A DNA stretch of 63,836 nucleotides, counting the filler, from Reclinomonas americana ATCC 50394 (Eukaryota): NCBI GenBank assembly GCA_048213135.1. It is 8 parts of 5 records of this genome, joined end to end, with 100 filler letters (N's around TTAATTAATTAA, not from the genome) between each part and the next. Parts side by side here need not be neighbours in the genome. Positions count along the whole stretch, not along the records: positions 18,808 to 30,885 come from PS015485.1; positions 30,986 to 34,077 come from PS015485.1; positions 34,178 to 44,762 come from PS015485.1; 5 more parts are not named here. One strand, given 5' to 3'. A model generated the notes under the pieces. That model was not told the DNA's origin and made no database searches. It saw only the letters and a list, made by a program, of their open reading frames with translations. Positions 25,036 through 37,967 of this stretch are shown here, piece by piece (the first letter of the stretch is position 1; the number at the start of each line of letters is the position of its first letter). The translations under genes were made by a program, and so were the position numbers.

Positions 25036-28000
25036 CTACAGGAGCACAAAAATGAGAATAATGGCCAAGATGATGATGCCGGCAATAATGAGCTTTGTCT
25101 GTACATGGTCATGGCACGCCGTGAGCAACACACACAAACTCGAAAGAACACGCAGTGAGGCGAGTCAACAAACCTTGTACTTGAGCCACCTGCAGCAGAC
25201 AAGCCGAGGGAACAAACAAGTTAGCAGATGAAACAGATGGGGGAAAGAAGCGTGGCACTGCACTGGCGACGCAACCATGTCTGCGCGTACTTGTCCACTC
25301 GCCACGGAGCAAAACTGGTTGCCGGTCGTGGCGGGTCGTCGAGGTGCTGTGGTGGGATGCAAAAATGCACCATGTGAGCGACAATCGGGGAATGCAATCG
25401 GCAAGCACGAGATGGCGACGTACAGGGTTCTCGTTCGGAGCCTTGCGCGCCTCGCCGGCCGGATAGCGACGTGCCTCGTCTGCAAAGCGACGCAGAGTTG
25501 AGCATGCGTCACACACGCCACACACACACACAATGCACACATATGAAATCAAGTACCGTCGGTCAACAGCTCCACCGTGAGTTCGACCTTGCCTTGCACA
25601 CCGGTGAAATTAGGGTGCTGGCAGCGCTCGGTAAGTCAATCGACACAATCCTGCGTCACTCTAAATGAACACACACATACCGTCATGGAGATGAACTGGC
25701 GCGGAATCTCCTGTCGCGCACGTTGATTGTACACCTGCAAGCAAGTCAGCGTCAGCATGCCAATAAAACAGGAGAAGTGAACGTACCCGGCGGAAGAGCG
25801 GTCTCAGGTTGAGCATGGCCTCGGCGATGCTGTCGTTCGGCTTGAAGATATCGCGATCGTAAATCTGAAACAGAGAACGGTGAGTATCTGGGGGAGAGAG
25901 TGCAGAGAAGAAACATCACTGGTGACACACACACCTGAATGCGGACGCGGGGATTCGCATTGGGGATCTCCACGTTCTTGAACACCCAGCGCCAGTTGAA
26001 GAATCCCTTGCCTGGAGATACAAAGAATGAGTGACAGGGACCATAAAAAAGGAATGCCGGGGCGACGCGCACCATCCATGGAACGCCAGTTGGTGTCGGT
26101 GTCGTGCCTATCGTTGTTCCACATGGAGGTGCCGACCAGCTTGATATCACTCATTTCCTGTGTGGGGCACATGCAGTGGATGAGTGGTTACTGTTGACAG
26201 CGACAGTGTGCACCGTTTAGCAAGGCGACGCAACAGCATCCTTGAAGACGACATCGGACTGGTGACACGAACAACAGACACAGCAGGTAAGAAACCACGC
26301 CCATGTGGGAGCCACATCATTCACACTCGTCGCGTACCGTATTCCACACGATGATGCGCAGTTCGTGCATGCGGACTTCGGGCTTGTGCAGCTGCTGGAA
26401 CGGAATGTGCGCTGCCTGTTCCACCGTGTAAATGTCGACGGCCAACTCCAGGCGACCTTGCGGGAACTTGGACTCGGTTGTCCACAGCGTGCGGTGCTCC
26501 AGAGGCTTCGGCTCCAGGCCCTGCCAGTAGGGCGAGAAGATGCGGTTCTCCAAGTCGATTGTTGTCGTGCCAATGAGCTCGTCCGCTCCCACCGTGTCCC
26601 GGTCGTAAACATCAATGTACAGGTTATCGCCTGATAGAGAGAGAGAGAGAGAGCGAGGTGAGACCACAAACACGGGTACAACGGAGTGCGCGACCGACAA
26701 CGCACCGGGAAGCGTAGCGCGCAGCTCGCGACTCGTCCAAAAGTCCGGAGCCAGAGTCTGCTCAATGGTTTCGGCCTTGCATGTGACAAACTTCTCTCCG
26801 GGAGTCTTCGCCGCACCGCAGCGGAACACGAGGTAGGGATCGCTCTTGCCGGTGCGGTCTTTCGGCACAAGCTGGCGACCACGCACAACGTGCACGCGAA
26901 CCACGTATTCGCGCGTTTGATACAACGCTTGCAGCTCCTCTGCGAACGCCAGGTGGCGTGAGGACACGCGACATGCAGTGAACATTGACAAACACAAGTG
27001 AAAAACACACCAGTGGTCATCAGCGTAATTGGCTCAGTCGACTCCTCTGGCATGCCGTCGACCTGCAGGTGCACGCCCGACGGGCCCTCGTTCTCCAAGT
27101 CGGCATCAAACGCTTGCGAAGGGCTGCTCGGCTCCGGCGGTCGAATATCCGCGAGAGAAGTCGAGCGAACAGTGCCCAGATGTGGTGGTAGTTGACGGAT
27201 GCGCTCCACTGGCACCACACGGAAGTGTCCCTGTGCGAGGATCACACAAGGGTGAGCACATGGAAAGGCGATGAGGGGCAACAGCAACAATACTACATGC
27301 ACACACCTTGAAACGACCGCTGTGGGTGTAAATGTACGTGCACGCGTGCATCGCATTATCGAACGTGAGAAGCGAAAAGCACTGACGAAAGAAACACACT
27401 TCCCGGATGGTACTCACCAGATGCGCTTGGCGCTCTCAGGATCGCGATCGACCTTCTTGCTCCACATCTTGGTGAAGAAACCACCCGACTGGCGGGTGCT
27501 TCCACGGTACAGCTTGAATGCGTCGAACGGCAACTCGGGGAAATCGTGCTCCAGCTCGTGCTTCACCAGCGCACGACCGGAAAGCACATCGGCACCGTTG
27601 CCTTCGAAACCGCCGAGCAGCTGATCGTCGACCTCGGGAATGGTGCGCTCGGGTTCGCCGCGCGTGCGGAACTTGAACTCGTGAGCAAACTGGAAGTGTG
27701 CGAGGAAGAGTCAGAGCATGTTCCGCGGCAAACACACGACCAAGACAAGCACGTGCCAACCTCCTCGTTACAGGTACGGAGGTCGTCAGGAATGGGATCG
27801 ACAATCTCCTGCACCTCACCCACTCGGATCATGTCATCGTCGAAGCCAGGCAGATCACGAGCACCGGGAATGGGCGCATCAAAGAACTCGACAATGTTGT
27901 CCTTTGGAATCTCCATGTTTGACCACGGCATGTAGGGCGCAATCGGAATGGATGTCGAGCCAAGCAGACGCCGTCTGCCAAACATGCCCGCATCGTGGAC

Positions 28001-31000
28001 ACGCACATTGACAGCCGGAGTATACAGCGGATTCAGTGGCAATTCGCATTCCAGATACACGACCTGCGCGCAGCAATGGTCAAAACAAGAGTCACACAAA
28101 AAAGCAAAAACAAGAGCACTCTTATCTCTCACCTCAAGGTGGTTGGGGTTTTCGGGACTCGGTGTGTTGCACGAGCGCGTCTGCATCATGGGGAAGACAG
28201 AGCTGCCGGCGTCAAACTGCACACAACAACGACCTCAGAGTCAGGGCCACGAGCACGCAGTCGCTTGGTGCTAGCTGGGAGACTCACGTCGATGCGCGTG
28301 GTATTCGGGCGCGATTTGGTACCATTCTCCTCGCCAGCTGGAATGAGCTCACGCAGACCGACGGCCTGAATCTCAAAAATGCACGGTCGCATTTGCGGTT
28401 TGATGGTGGGCGGTAGCGGAACACGAGCGGCCTCCTCGGCCGGGATCAGCTGGAACGAGGCCAGCACCTCACCCTCGGTGACCGAGTTGTCGTCCATGTA
28501 CAGTTTGTACCATTGCGGATCACCGGGCCATCGCTTGCCCAGCTTCTCGGGTGCCACCTCGGCGCGGCCCAGCAGATCGTCGGGATCCAGACCAGGGTCC
28601 ACATCGTACACCTGCAAAACAGCGATGACTTTCAGGGAAGGCACGAGTGAAAAATACTCCACTGCCGCTGTGACGAAACTTGCAATACCACACGCGGCGC
28701 AAAGTTGAAATCGGTGGGGATTTCGACATTGAATGCGAGCGTCTCGTACCACAGCGGGAAGTTGGTCACGTAGCGCGGCGTGGTTTTCTTGGACTGCATC
28801 ACGGTTGTTGTCAGTGAATGCACGCACTATGGGAGAGTCAAGAACACGTGCGCGCACCTGACTGCCAAATGTCACTTTGCAGTACGGGTCACTCGTGCCG
28901 GATTCGTCGCCAGCCGGCAAGTTGCGTGCCTGGTAAATGTGGGCACGCAGCTGATACCGACCAAGACGAGGGGGCGCAATGGGCGGCCGCGGAATCGGCG
29001 CCTGATCGGCAACACCAAAGTCAAGGCTGTGCAGATGCGGCGGTGAGCCTAAAACCGCAGAGCACCACAACAAAGCGTGAATAAGCAGCTTACCGGAAGA
29101 GGCAGAAACCGGGTGGTTGTTCCTTGTCGTAGGCGGCCGACATTTTGTTGGCAACAATCGGTTGCCACTGCGCAATGTGGCCCCATCCAAACACCTCTCT
29201 GCCGCAGCGTACCGAAATTGCACACATGAGCGCAACAAATAAGCTTCACGAGGCGATAGCCAGCCAGCAACTCAACTCTGCCGTGTATCGCAGATAACCA
29301 ATCTCTGATTTGGCGCCAAAACCCTTGATGTAGAAGCGGATAATCTGCACCGAAAAAAGTGTGAGAGAGAGTCACCGCGAGGGCACCACAACAGCGAAGA
29401 GTCGTGCGCAACAATGTCGGGAATAGAGGAGCGATCGGCCGGATACTCGACACGCATGTCGGGGATCTGCTCGTACCACGTGTAAGCGCCGTTGCGCACC
29501 GACACCGCCTTGCTCATGAACGAATAGGGGCCGATCGAGATCTGCGCCTGCACGGCCTGACTGCGGTTGGCCGGGAAATCGGCGCCCTGATACAAGTCGA
29601 AGCGCAAAATGTACTGCTTGGTCGGTGGCAAGGCACACGGATCGAGTCTGCTCGGCGCGTTGGAAGTCTATCGCATCCAGCAATCAGTCAGTGTGCGAGA
29701 TGACTGACTGCAGCATTCAAGCATCTGCGACGACTGCACCTGCGGGTTGTCCTTGGCCGCCACCTTCATGGCCAGCAAGATGCGACCGTGGTACTCAGTG
29801 GGCTCGGCCTTGCCCTTGCGTAGCAGATTGTGGGCCTTGTCACGGAACGACGGTTCCAGCGGCACGCCGTACAGGTTCACCCAGCGCGGGTTCAAACCGC
29901 CCTCCAACTGCACATCGGAGAAGCGGAAAAACATGCGTGCAATGGTCTCGTCCTTGGTGCCGCGATCCCAATCCTGCGGGGCGACAGAATGTCAGCCGAG
30001 TGGAGCGTGGAGAGAGAGCACACATATTAAGACACAATAGAATACTCACTCGAACAATGACTTCGATCTTGTCGCTGAGGTTCGGCAGCCACACCTGGAA
30101 CTGCAACTCGTTATTCCACAGTGGGGTCAGTGTGCTCTTCATGATTTCGGTTCGGCGCTCGGCGTTGCCGGCGGTGACCACGGCCACATACGGATCGCAC
30201 TTGCCGACTGCATACGGATGACGTTCAAAAAACTTTCGAGTGGACCAGGGCATGCGTGGCACAACGCAACAAGTGTCCATCTTCGGCATGTCTTCACCGC
30301 GGTACACGCGCACGTACAGCTCGGCACCCTGTCGCTGCATACCGGGCGGCATGAGTACGTACTGCTGCAGTGATTGGAGGGAGCCTTCCTCCTCCGCATC
30401 GACTTCCGGTGCCGGTTCTGCACGCACCGTACAATCGCACATACATCAGAAGTAATGAAAAGGGAATGGAAGCAGGGAGGTCGGTTGGATTACCGATGGT
30501 GTCACCGGGTCCAGCGACGGTGATGGAGACACGGACGTAGCCCTGAATCTCATTGCCGTGCTTCTTGGTCTCCATAATCGCCACCCACGTGCGCCAAATC
30601 TGATGGTTCGGCGCCGTGTACACGTAGCTGAGATCGATCTCGAACTGGCCTGCAAACGGCAAGCAACACAGCAGTCAGCATCGGCAAGAGAGAGAGAGAG
30701 AGAGAGAAAGAGAACAAGGCGATCAGAGACAACAAGCACCGACCAGATGGGGCTTGTAAGCCAAGGATTTTTGAGCTCCATATCAGTGAAAGAGAGAGAA
30801 GGCGAGATGTTCGAAACGAGATGCATCATGAACCACTGAAAGATCCATCCTCTGTCCCTCCTCCCTTTCCCCTCCATCCCCCCCTNNNNNNNNNNNNNNN
30901 NNNNNNNNNNNNNNNNNNNNNNNNNNNNNTTAATTAATTAANNNNNNNNNNNNNNNNNNNNNNNNNNNNNNNNNNNNNNNNNNNNCAAACCCACCAATGA

Positions 31001-31316
31001 GCTCATTGCGCGTAAAGGTGTTGGCGTCGAACACACGAATCACACACGGCGTCTCCTCCAGTCCCGTATCAATCTGGAAAAACATGAGATGGTCCCACAC
31101 GACATTGGCCGCCTTCTTTGTGCCCTTGGTCTTCTGCGTCTGCTTGCCCACAGTCACACTGGCCACGGGATCCGAAGTGCCGCTCCGATCGCGACCTTTC
31201 AACTCCCGAGCCTCCAGCTATCATGCATGATCATTCAGCAATCGGGGCTCATGTCACCACAGAAAGATCAAGACAGAAAGAGAACTCACCAGCTCAACCT
31301 GCACCTGGTACGGCAT
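25036..31316 (-). CDS. Ferlin, copy B (paralogue of copy A, convergent)
   Basis: Same motif series: [108 protein letters not shown], then TAG. Confidence 0.93.
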
Positions 31317-32596
31317 CGCGATGTCTGTGCGTGCGCCTCTCTCTGTGTGGGAGAGAGAGTGAGCGCGGAGAAATGTCGCAACTCAACACACACGAGCGCA
31401 CGCGTGAATGCAGCGCATGCAGAGCGCCCCATCCAACAAGAGCATGTGTGAGAGTAGGAGGGGCGGGGAAGAGAGAGAGGCACAGAGAAACAGACAGAAG
31501 ACGTGGAGTTCGAAACGTCATGCAAGTGAGGCAGAGTGAATCGCGAATCAAACAGCGAGACATGCATGCATACACACAGAGAGAGAGAGTGAGAGGCAGC
31601 ACACAGCGCGCGCACAAACCTCCGTCTGATTGTTGCGTGTTCNNNNNNNNNNNNNNNNNNNNNNNNNNNNNNNNNNNNNNNNNNNNNNNNNNNNNNNNNN
31701 NNNNNNNNNNNNNNNNNNNNNNNNNNNNNNNNNNNNNNNNNNNNNNNNNNNNNNNNNNNNNNNNNNNNNNNNNNNNNNNNNNNNNNNNNNNNNNNNNNNN
31801 NNNNNNNNNNNNNNNNNNNNNNNNNNNNNNNNNNNNNNNNNNNNNNNNNNNNNNNNNNNNNNNNNNNNNNNNNNNNNNNNNNNNNNNNNNNNNNNNNNNN
31901 NNNNNNNNNNNNNNNNNNNNNNNNNNNNNNNNNNNNNNNNNNNNNNNNNNNNNNNNNNNNNNNNNNNNNNNNNNNNNNNNNNNNNNNNNNNNNNNNNNNN
32001 NNNNNNNNNNNNNNNNNNNNNNNNNNNNNNNNNNNNNNNNNNNNNNNNNNNNNNNNNNNNNNNNNNNNNNNNNNNNNNNNNNNNNNNNNNNNNNNNNNNN
32101 NNNNNNNNNNNNNNNNNNNNNNNNNNNNNNNNNNNNNNNNNNNNNNNNNNNNNNNNNNNNNNNNNNNNNNNNNNNNNNNNNNNNNNNNNNNNNNNNNNNN
32201 NNNNNNNNNNNNNNNNNNNNNNNNNNNNNNNNNNNNNNNNNNNNNNNNNNNNNNNNNNNNNNNNNNNNNNNNNNNNNNNNNNNNNNNNNNNNNNNNNNNN
32301 NNNNNNNNNNNNNNNNNNNNNNNNNNNNNNNNNNNNNNNNNNNNNNNNNNNNNNNNNNNNNNNNNNNNNNNNNNNNNNNNNNNNNNNNNNNNNNNNNNNN
32401 NNNNNNNNNNNNNNNNNNNNNNNNNNNNNNNNNNNNNNNNNNNNNNNNNNNNNNNNNNNNNNNNNNNNNNNNNNNNNNNNNNNNNNNNNNNNNNNNNNNN
32501 NNNNNNNNNNNNNNNNNNNNNNNNNNNNNNNNNNNNNNNNNNNNNNNNNNNNNNNNNNNNNNNNNNNNNNNNNNNNNNNNNNNNNNNNNNNNNNNN

Positions 32597-34077
32597 ACCT
32601 CAATAGCGGTGGTGGGTGGACCAGACGACAGTGGCGCCGATGGCGCTCCGGCAGTCACGGTCGACGGCACCTTCTCCGGAGTCGACGGCACTACATTCGG
32701 TGCACTGCCGGCGGCGCCGACTTGCAGTGGACCGAGTTTCGCGGGATCCGCCAGTGCACCAGTGGCGACTGAGCGTGGCACGCCCACCAGCGGCGCATCA
32801 ATGGCCGCCGTGGCGTGCGTGAAGCGGTTGACGTACACGTGACCGTACGACGACAGCAGCGCGACCACGGCATGACCCTGCCACTCGATCGTTTCGCCGT
32901 CGCGATTGGTGGCCTGCAGCGGCTGCGCGAGGCCCGACGTGTCCAAGCACACCGACAACGCCGCCAGCGGCGGGCTTTGATCGTCAGGGAACAGCTCCAC
33001 AAAGGCGGTTTCCTTGCGCACTTTGCACTCGCCAGTCTCGTCCACCACGGTGCTTTCTATCTTGGCGGCATCACCGCGGCCGGCGGTCACGTCCACCTCG
33101 AACGCGCGCAGCTTGAACGACCAGTTGGACGCGGCCAGGCAAAAGAATCTGTGATACCACATTGAGCTTTCATGCGTGCGCGGCACACAAGGCGAGAACA
33201 CCGATGCAAACCTGGACCCAATGTGCCCGAGAGAACACACACTGAACACTTTCTGTGGCATTGGCGTTTCATAATCGTCACCCATGCACACCAGCAGCGA
33301 TTTCGCCTGCAACCGATGACCGATGCCCGCCCACTGCATTACGCAACACACACACAGCACGGCGGTCAGTGGCGAGACGAGATGAACAAGATCAGAAGGC
33401 ATGCACGCACCGCTGCAGGCGGAGGCACGGCGGCCACCAGCAGCTTCGGATCAAAGTCCTCGGCATCAAACTGATCGTTGAGCTGCGCCTCGGTGAGGCC
33501 TTGCGACGCCACCACAATGTCGCCCGGGAGCACCGCCAGCGACACAACGCCACCATTGCGTTCGTCGTCACCGTCGACCGCTATTCTCAACGTCGTATCC
33601 GCGAGCGATGCACGATTGTAGATTAGCACCGCACCCGATCTGCACAGAATAAGTCAGCAACAACTCGTGCGCACACCCTGCATTGGCTAATGGACTGTAC
33701 ACAACTCAAGACCCACAGCCACCAGCGTCGCATTGCCGGCCACCAGCACCGGTGGATCGCCCGAGCTCTCGTACACCACCTGCAGCGTCGGTGGCGACTC
33801 GCCCAGCGACGCCAGGTACGCCGTCGAGCTCGCCTTGCGCACAAACGCCACAGCATCGCCCGGCAGCGCCACACACACATCGCCAGGCGTGCTGGCCACT
33901 CCATCCACCTGCAACACACCGCCTGCCACCGTCACCCCAGCCTCGCGCACCGCTCCACTCAACTGCTGCGGATTGATCACCACCGTCGCTCCATCCTGCC
34001 GTCTCTCCATCACCAACAGCGTCGGCGACAGCGGGTTGAACGACATGCGACGAGCAGCACCGCGCTGACCGGCCACG
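32597..34077 (-). CDS. Probable N-terminal beta-propeller of a Nup214/Nup159-like nucleoporin (partial; contig probably inverted)
   Basis: Beta-rich exons ending AFVELFPDDQSPPLAALSVCLDTS...AVVALLSSYGHV, resembling the last blade of the Nup214 propeller, followed by an Ala/Pro/Ser/Thr linker. Confidence 0.5.
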
Positions 34078-34177
34078 NNNNNNNNNNNNNNNNNNNNNNN
34101 NNNNNNNNNNNNNNNNNNNNNTTAATTAATTAANNNNNNNNNNNNNNNNNNNNNNNNNNNNNNNNNNNNNNNNNNNN

Positions 34178-36954
34178 TGTGTGTGTCAATCGTCTGTCGC
34201 TGCTGCGATGTCGATGCTCATTTGTCGGCGCGAACAGATGCAGCGTCTGTTCGCGGTCCGCTGACCGATCTCACCCAGTTGTTTGACAAGTTGCGCGACG
34301 ACACCGATGGCAGTGTGAAAAAGGTGAGAGAGAAGGGCGAGTGCTATCGCACGTCCGGTTGAATCCCTGACATTGCACCTCGCGTACAGGCCTGTGCTGT
34401 GCTGGAGAAGTGCTGCAAGGACATGAAGAGTGGCGTGCCACCGGCCGAGGACCTTCCTCGACTGCAAGAGGAGGTGGGGGCGGTGCAGACAGACATGGTC
34501 GCGTTGAGGAAGCGGTCGGCGCGTCTCGAAAACATGGTGTGCGCCGTGCTCAACCAAAAGTCGCACTGTTGCGTGTCGTCTCCGTCACGCGAGAGCACCT
34601 CTTTTTTTTTAATTTATTGGCGGTGCTGACTCGCTGTTGCAGTGGAACGCCTTTCCGAGGCGGTGATAAAGGCGGTCGCGGAGGCGCGAGATCCGTCGAA
34701 TGCACCGGCCACACGACCGCTCTCAGAGCCGCAGGCTGAGATGCGCAGCAAGATTGTGGAACGACTGCGGGTACGGCACAATCCATCGTCTCGTCTGGCT
34801 TGTGGTTGTTGTTCATTGACATGGTTGTGATTTTTGTTTCGGCAGGCGGTGAAGCGCCAAGTTGACAATGTGCAAAGTTGGCTGTCGGCCACAACACAGG
34901 AAGCACAACGAGCGTCGAGTGCCGCTTCCAGCGACTCGATTCCGCAGGTGGTTGTGCTTGTCGAGACGGCCAAATTGCAGTACGAGCTCGCCTCGCGCAG
35001 CGCCGAGGTTCTTGACAAGCTGCACAGTCAGTCTCGCAGAGTTGCGGTGATGGACAGCTTTGCGGGGGGTTATCTCGTGTCCACGGTCACTCATTTCGTC
35101 GTCGATGCAGGTGGCCGAAGGCGTGCTGAGATCGGCGCGTGGATCGATGGCCCCGAGCATCCGTGATCGGCAAGTGCCGGTGGATGTGAAACCGCGTGAG
35201 GCGCCGGCGTCGTCTGCGAAACGATCGGCCGCAGGTGCCCATCGAACTACGGCGGACAGTGTTCGACGCACGGCATTGCGGACGCTGCTCGAGAACAGGC
35301 GTGCCGAGCAGCTGCGTGTGGCGGCGCAACCAAAGCCGCTACCGGCGGGTGCCACTGCGTTGCTGGCGGCACCTGCTGCGGCCGCCGCCTCGGCCACGCC
35401 GCCACTTGCCCTCGTACCGAATCCGCTGCGTAATGCACCGGCGGCTGCCGTGGTGGCGGCTCCCGCGGCAACAGCCACGACGACGACGACGACGACGACG
35501 ACGACAATCACGAAACCAGCAACGACCACAGTGACGACCGTGAAGCCCCTGGCAACTCCACTGGCCAAGCCGCTGGTGGCGCCGGTCTCTGCCGCCGCCG
35601 CACCAGCACCATCGGCCACTGTCACCGTCGTCAAGCCGGCAACGTCGCCATCCCCGTCGCCCTTGCCGAAACCAGCAGTAGCGGCTACGCCTGCGTCGGT
35701 GTCACCGACTCCCACACCGCAGCCCGTGTCCACTGGAGCAGCGGCAGCCGCACCAGTAAGTACGGCGCCGGCCGCCAAACCGCCTCTGTCGAGCTTTGCA
35801 TTCGGCAAGCCGAACGTGCTGACTGGCGGCGTCGCCAAGCCGCTGTCCGCAACGGCAAGTGGCACACCACCAACTCTTAAGGCGTTCCCGGCGGCCACGC
35901 CCGTGACTCGGTCGCCACCGACCACAGCGCCGACTACTCCAGCCATTGTTAGTGTGATTGACGAGAGCAAGGCGCCATTCAGTCCGCAAGATGCGACTGC
36001 GGGCCGTCGCGTGAATGGCGACGGTGAGCAGAACGCGGCACCGGCATCCACTCCCTCGCTGCCGCCGCTGCCAGCCGATATCGATGACGACGCAGAATTC
36101 GACGCCGTGCTCGCCGCAGGTGACGCAGAAAGCATGTCCGCAGTACCTGGTGCGTAGTTTGTTGTCTTTTTCTCGACTGATAAGTTCTCTGACTCGTTTG
36201 TCGGACAACAGCTCAACCGATCAAGCCTCCGTCGACGACGACCACCAAACCCGCTGGCGCGCTCAGTTTCGGTGGCCTCTCACTTGGTGGTGCTGCAGGC
36301 GGCGGAAGTGCGTCGCGGGGAGCACTCAGCTTTGGAGGCGGTGGTGGCGCTGGTGGCAGTCAGTTCCCCTCGGTAGCTCGCGGTGCTTCAGCCACTATTG
36401 CCAGTCCGCTGTTCCCCAGTGGCGCCGGGCGGGGGGCTGGTTCTCTTGCCTCGCCACCGGCTGCTGGCGGCGCTTCCCCTGCCACCGGCAAGGCGTTTGC
36501 TTTCGGCCCGTCCAACCCGCTGTTGGGCGGAGCAGGCCGATCAGCTGCGCCGCCTGCTCAAACGGGCGGCTTGTTGCGACCACCGACGTTCAGCTCCTCG
36601 GCAGTGCCCGGTGTGCAACCAGGAGGTGGAGGTGGTGGTGGTGGTGGTGCTCCCGCAGCGCAGCCACGATTCGGCAGCAGCACGTTTGGCGCTGCGGGTG
36701 GTGGTGGTTTTGGCTCGAGCACGTTTGGCACCAGCACGTTTGGTGGCAGCTCATTCGGCAGCGGCGCTCCGGGTGCGTCGGCGAGACCAGTGGGCTCTTT
36801 TGTTGCGTTCCACCACTTTGTGGAGTCACAACAACCACGTCGCTCATCATCATTGTTGTTGTTGTTGTTTCACCAGGGAGGAGGACGGGGGACTGCCAAT
36901 GCGTTCTCCACACTGGCCAGTGCTGCAGCACAGCAGCGACAAGCCGAGCAATGA
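34178..36954 (+). CDS. FG-repeat nucleoporin, coiled coil plus FG tail (Nup214/Nup159-like 3' part)
   Basis: Coiled-coil exons, long PAST-rich region, repeats SFAFGKP, LSFGG, FAFGP, RFGSSTFGAAGGGGFGSSTFGTSTFGGSSFGSG. Confidence 0.65.
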
Positions 36955-37017
36955 TGACACGACGGAGAGAAATATACAGTGTGTGCAAGGAATTGGTTTA
37001 TTTTCTTCTGTGTCCAA

Positions 37018-37833
37018 TCACATGTCGTCTGACACGGGTTCCGCTCGCTCCACGTCACCATCCTCCAGATCATCGGCAGCGACCGCGTCGCCCGCCATTC
37101 CCTTTTCTACCACCACCACCACACCGCTCATGCGCGTGCCACTGGACGGCTTCCTATCGGCGTGGAAGCAGCGGCGGCACACGGCGACGTACTTGTCGGC
37201 ACCGCCAATGACCTCCACCGCACAGTCGCTGACAATGCGCTTGGAGAAGTGCGCATCCTCGCCACACGACATGCACACGGCAGTGAGCTTGACCACTGCC
37301 TCGGCCATTGGCAGCAGCTCCAGCACAGCACCGAATGGCTTTTGCTGGAAGGTGCCATCGAGGGCGGCCACAATCACCGTCTTGCCGAGGTTGGCGGCCT
37401 CGTCGCAGAATGACACCAGATCGGGGAAGAACTGACCCTCATCGATGCCAATGCAGTCGTGCGAGGCCACCAAGTGCGCTGCCTCGCTCAGTCGCTCGCA
37501 CGGGAACGCCGAGTACAGTTGTCTGTTGAGAACAGAGAGCGAGAGAGCGAGTGTGAGGTTTTCGCGCGCGCATCGCATTCGCATCATGACGTGTCTGCGC
37601 AACTGGTCGTGCGTGGCCACACAGTCGTCTGAGTACCGCACATCGCGCTTGTACTTGAGCACAAGGCACTTGCGACGCGCCAGTGTGTGTCGCTTCACAC
37701 GTCGCAAGAGCTCAGTCGACTTGCCCGCGAACATCGGGCCCAAGATCAACTGTTTGCGTGCGTGTGAGTGAGTGCGTGACAAAGAGAGAGTGTGTGAGAA
37801 TTGGCGCGAAACTTCAACACTTCCACGATCCAT
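37018..37833 (-). CDS. TK1: Thymidine kinase (TK1 family), 3 exons
   Basis: LILGPMFAGKSTELLRR, VATHD, IGIDEGQFF, VIVAALDGTFQQKPFG, KLTAVCMSC, VIGGADKYVAVCRRCF. Confidence 0.97.
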   Translation of the reverse strand: MDRGSVEVSRQFSHTLSLSRTHSHARKQLILGPMFAGKSTELLRRVKRHTLARRKCLVLKYKRDVRYSDDCVATHDQLRRHVMMRMRCARENLTLALSLSVLNRQLYSAFPCERLSEAAHLVASHDCIGIDEGQFFPDLVSFCDEAANLGKTVIVAALDGTFQQKPFGAVLELLPMAEAVVKLTAVCMSCGEDAHFSKRIVSDCAVEVIGGADKYVAVCRRCFHADRKPSSGTRMSGVVVVVEKGMAGDAVAADDLEDGDVERAEPVSDDM

Positions 37834-37882
37834 GATTGGCGCGCTCAACAGGGTTTGCGATGTGTGCGAGTGTTTGCGTTGA

Positions 37883-37892
37883 TTTTGGCGCG
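37883..37892. promoter_or_regulatory. E2F-type motif TTTTGGCGCG about 50 nt upstream of the TK start codon
   Basis: Matches TTTSSCGC; a second TTGGCGCG lies directly before the ATG. Confidence 0.4.
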
Positions 37893-37967
37893 CGCGGGCG
37901 TGGACAAACCACAATGCATTTGTCTATTGTCCCGTTGTGTTGCGCTGCGTGCAGTGAAGGGCACACA

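Noticed and set aside
30715..30835. Possible C/D snoRNA in a long ferlin B intron (ATGATGC...CTGA...CTGA, minus strand)
   Set aside because: Imperfect box C, no terminal stem and no recognisable rRNA guide
34813..36216. Long antisense ORFs (also 45042-46479 plus and 53430-53984 minus)
   Set aside because: Shadows of GC-rich low-complexity coding sequence on the opposite strand
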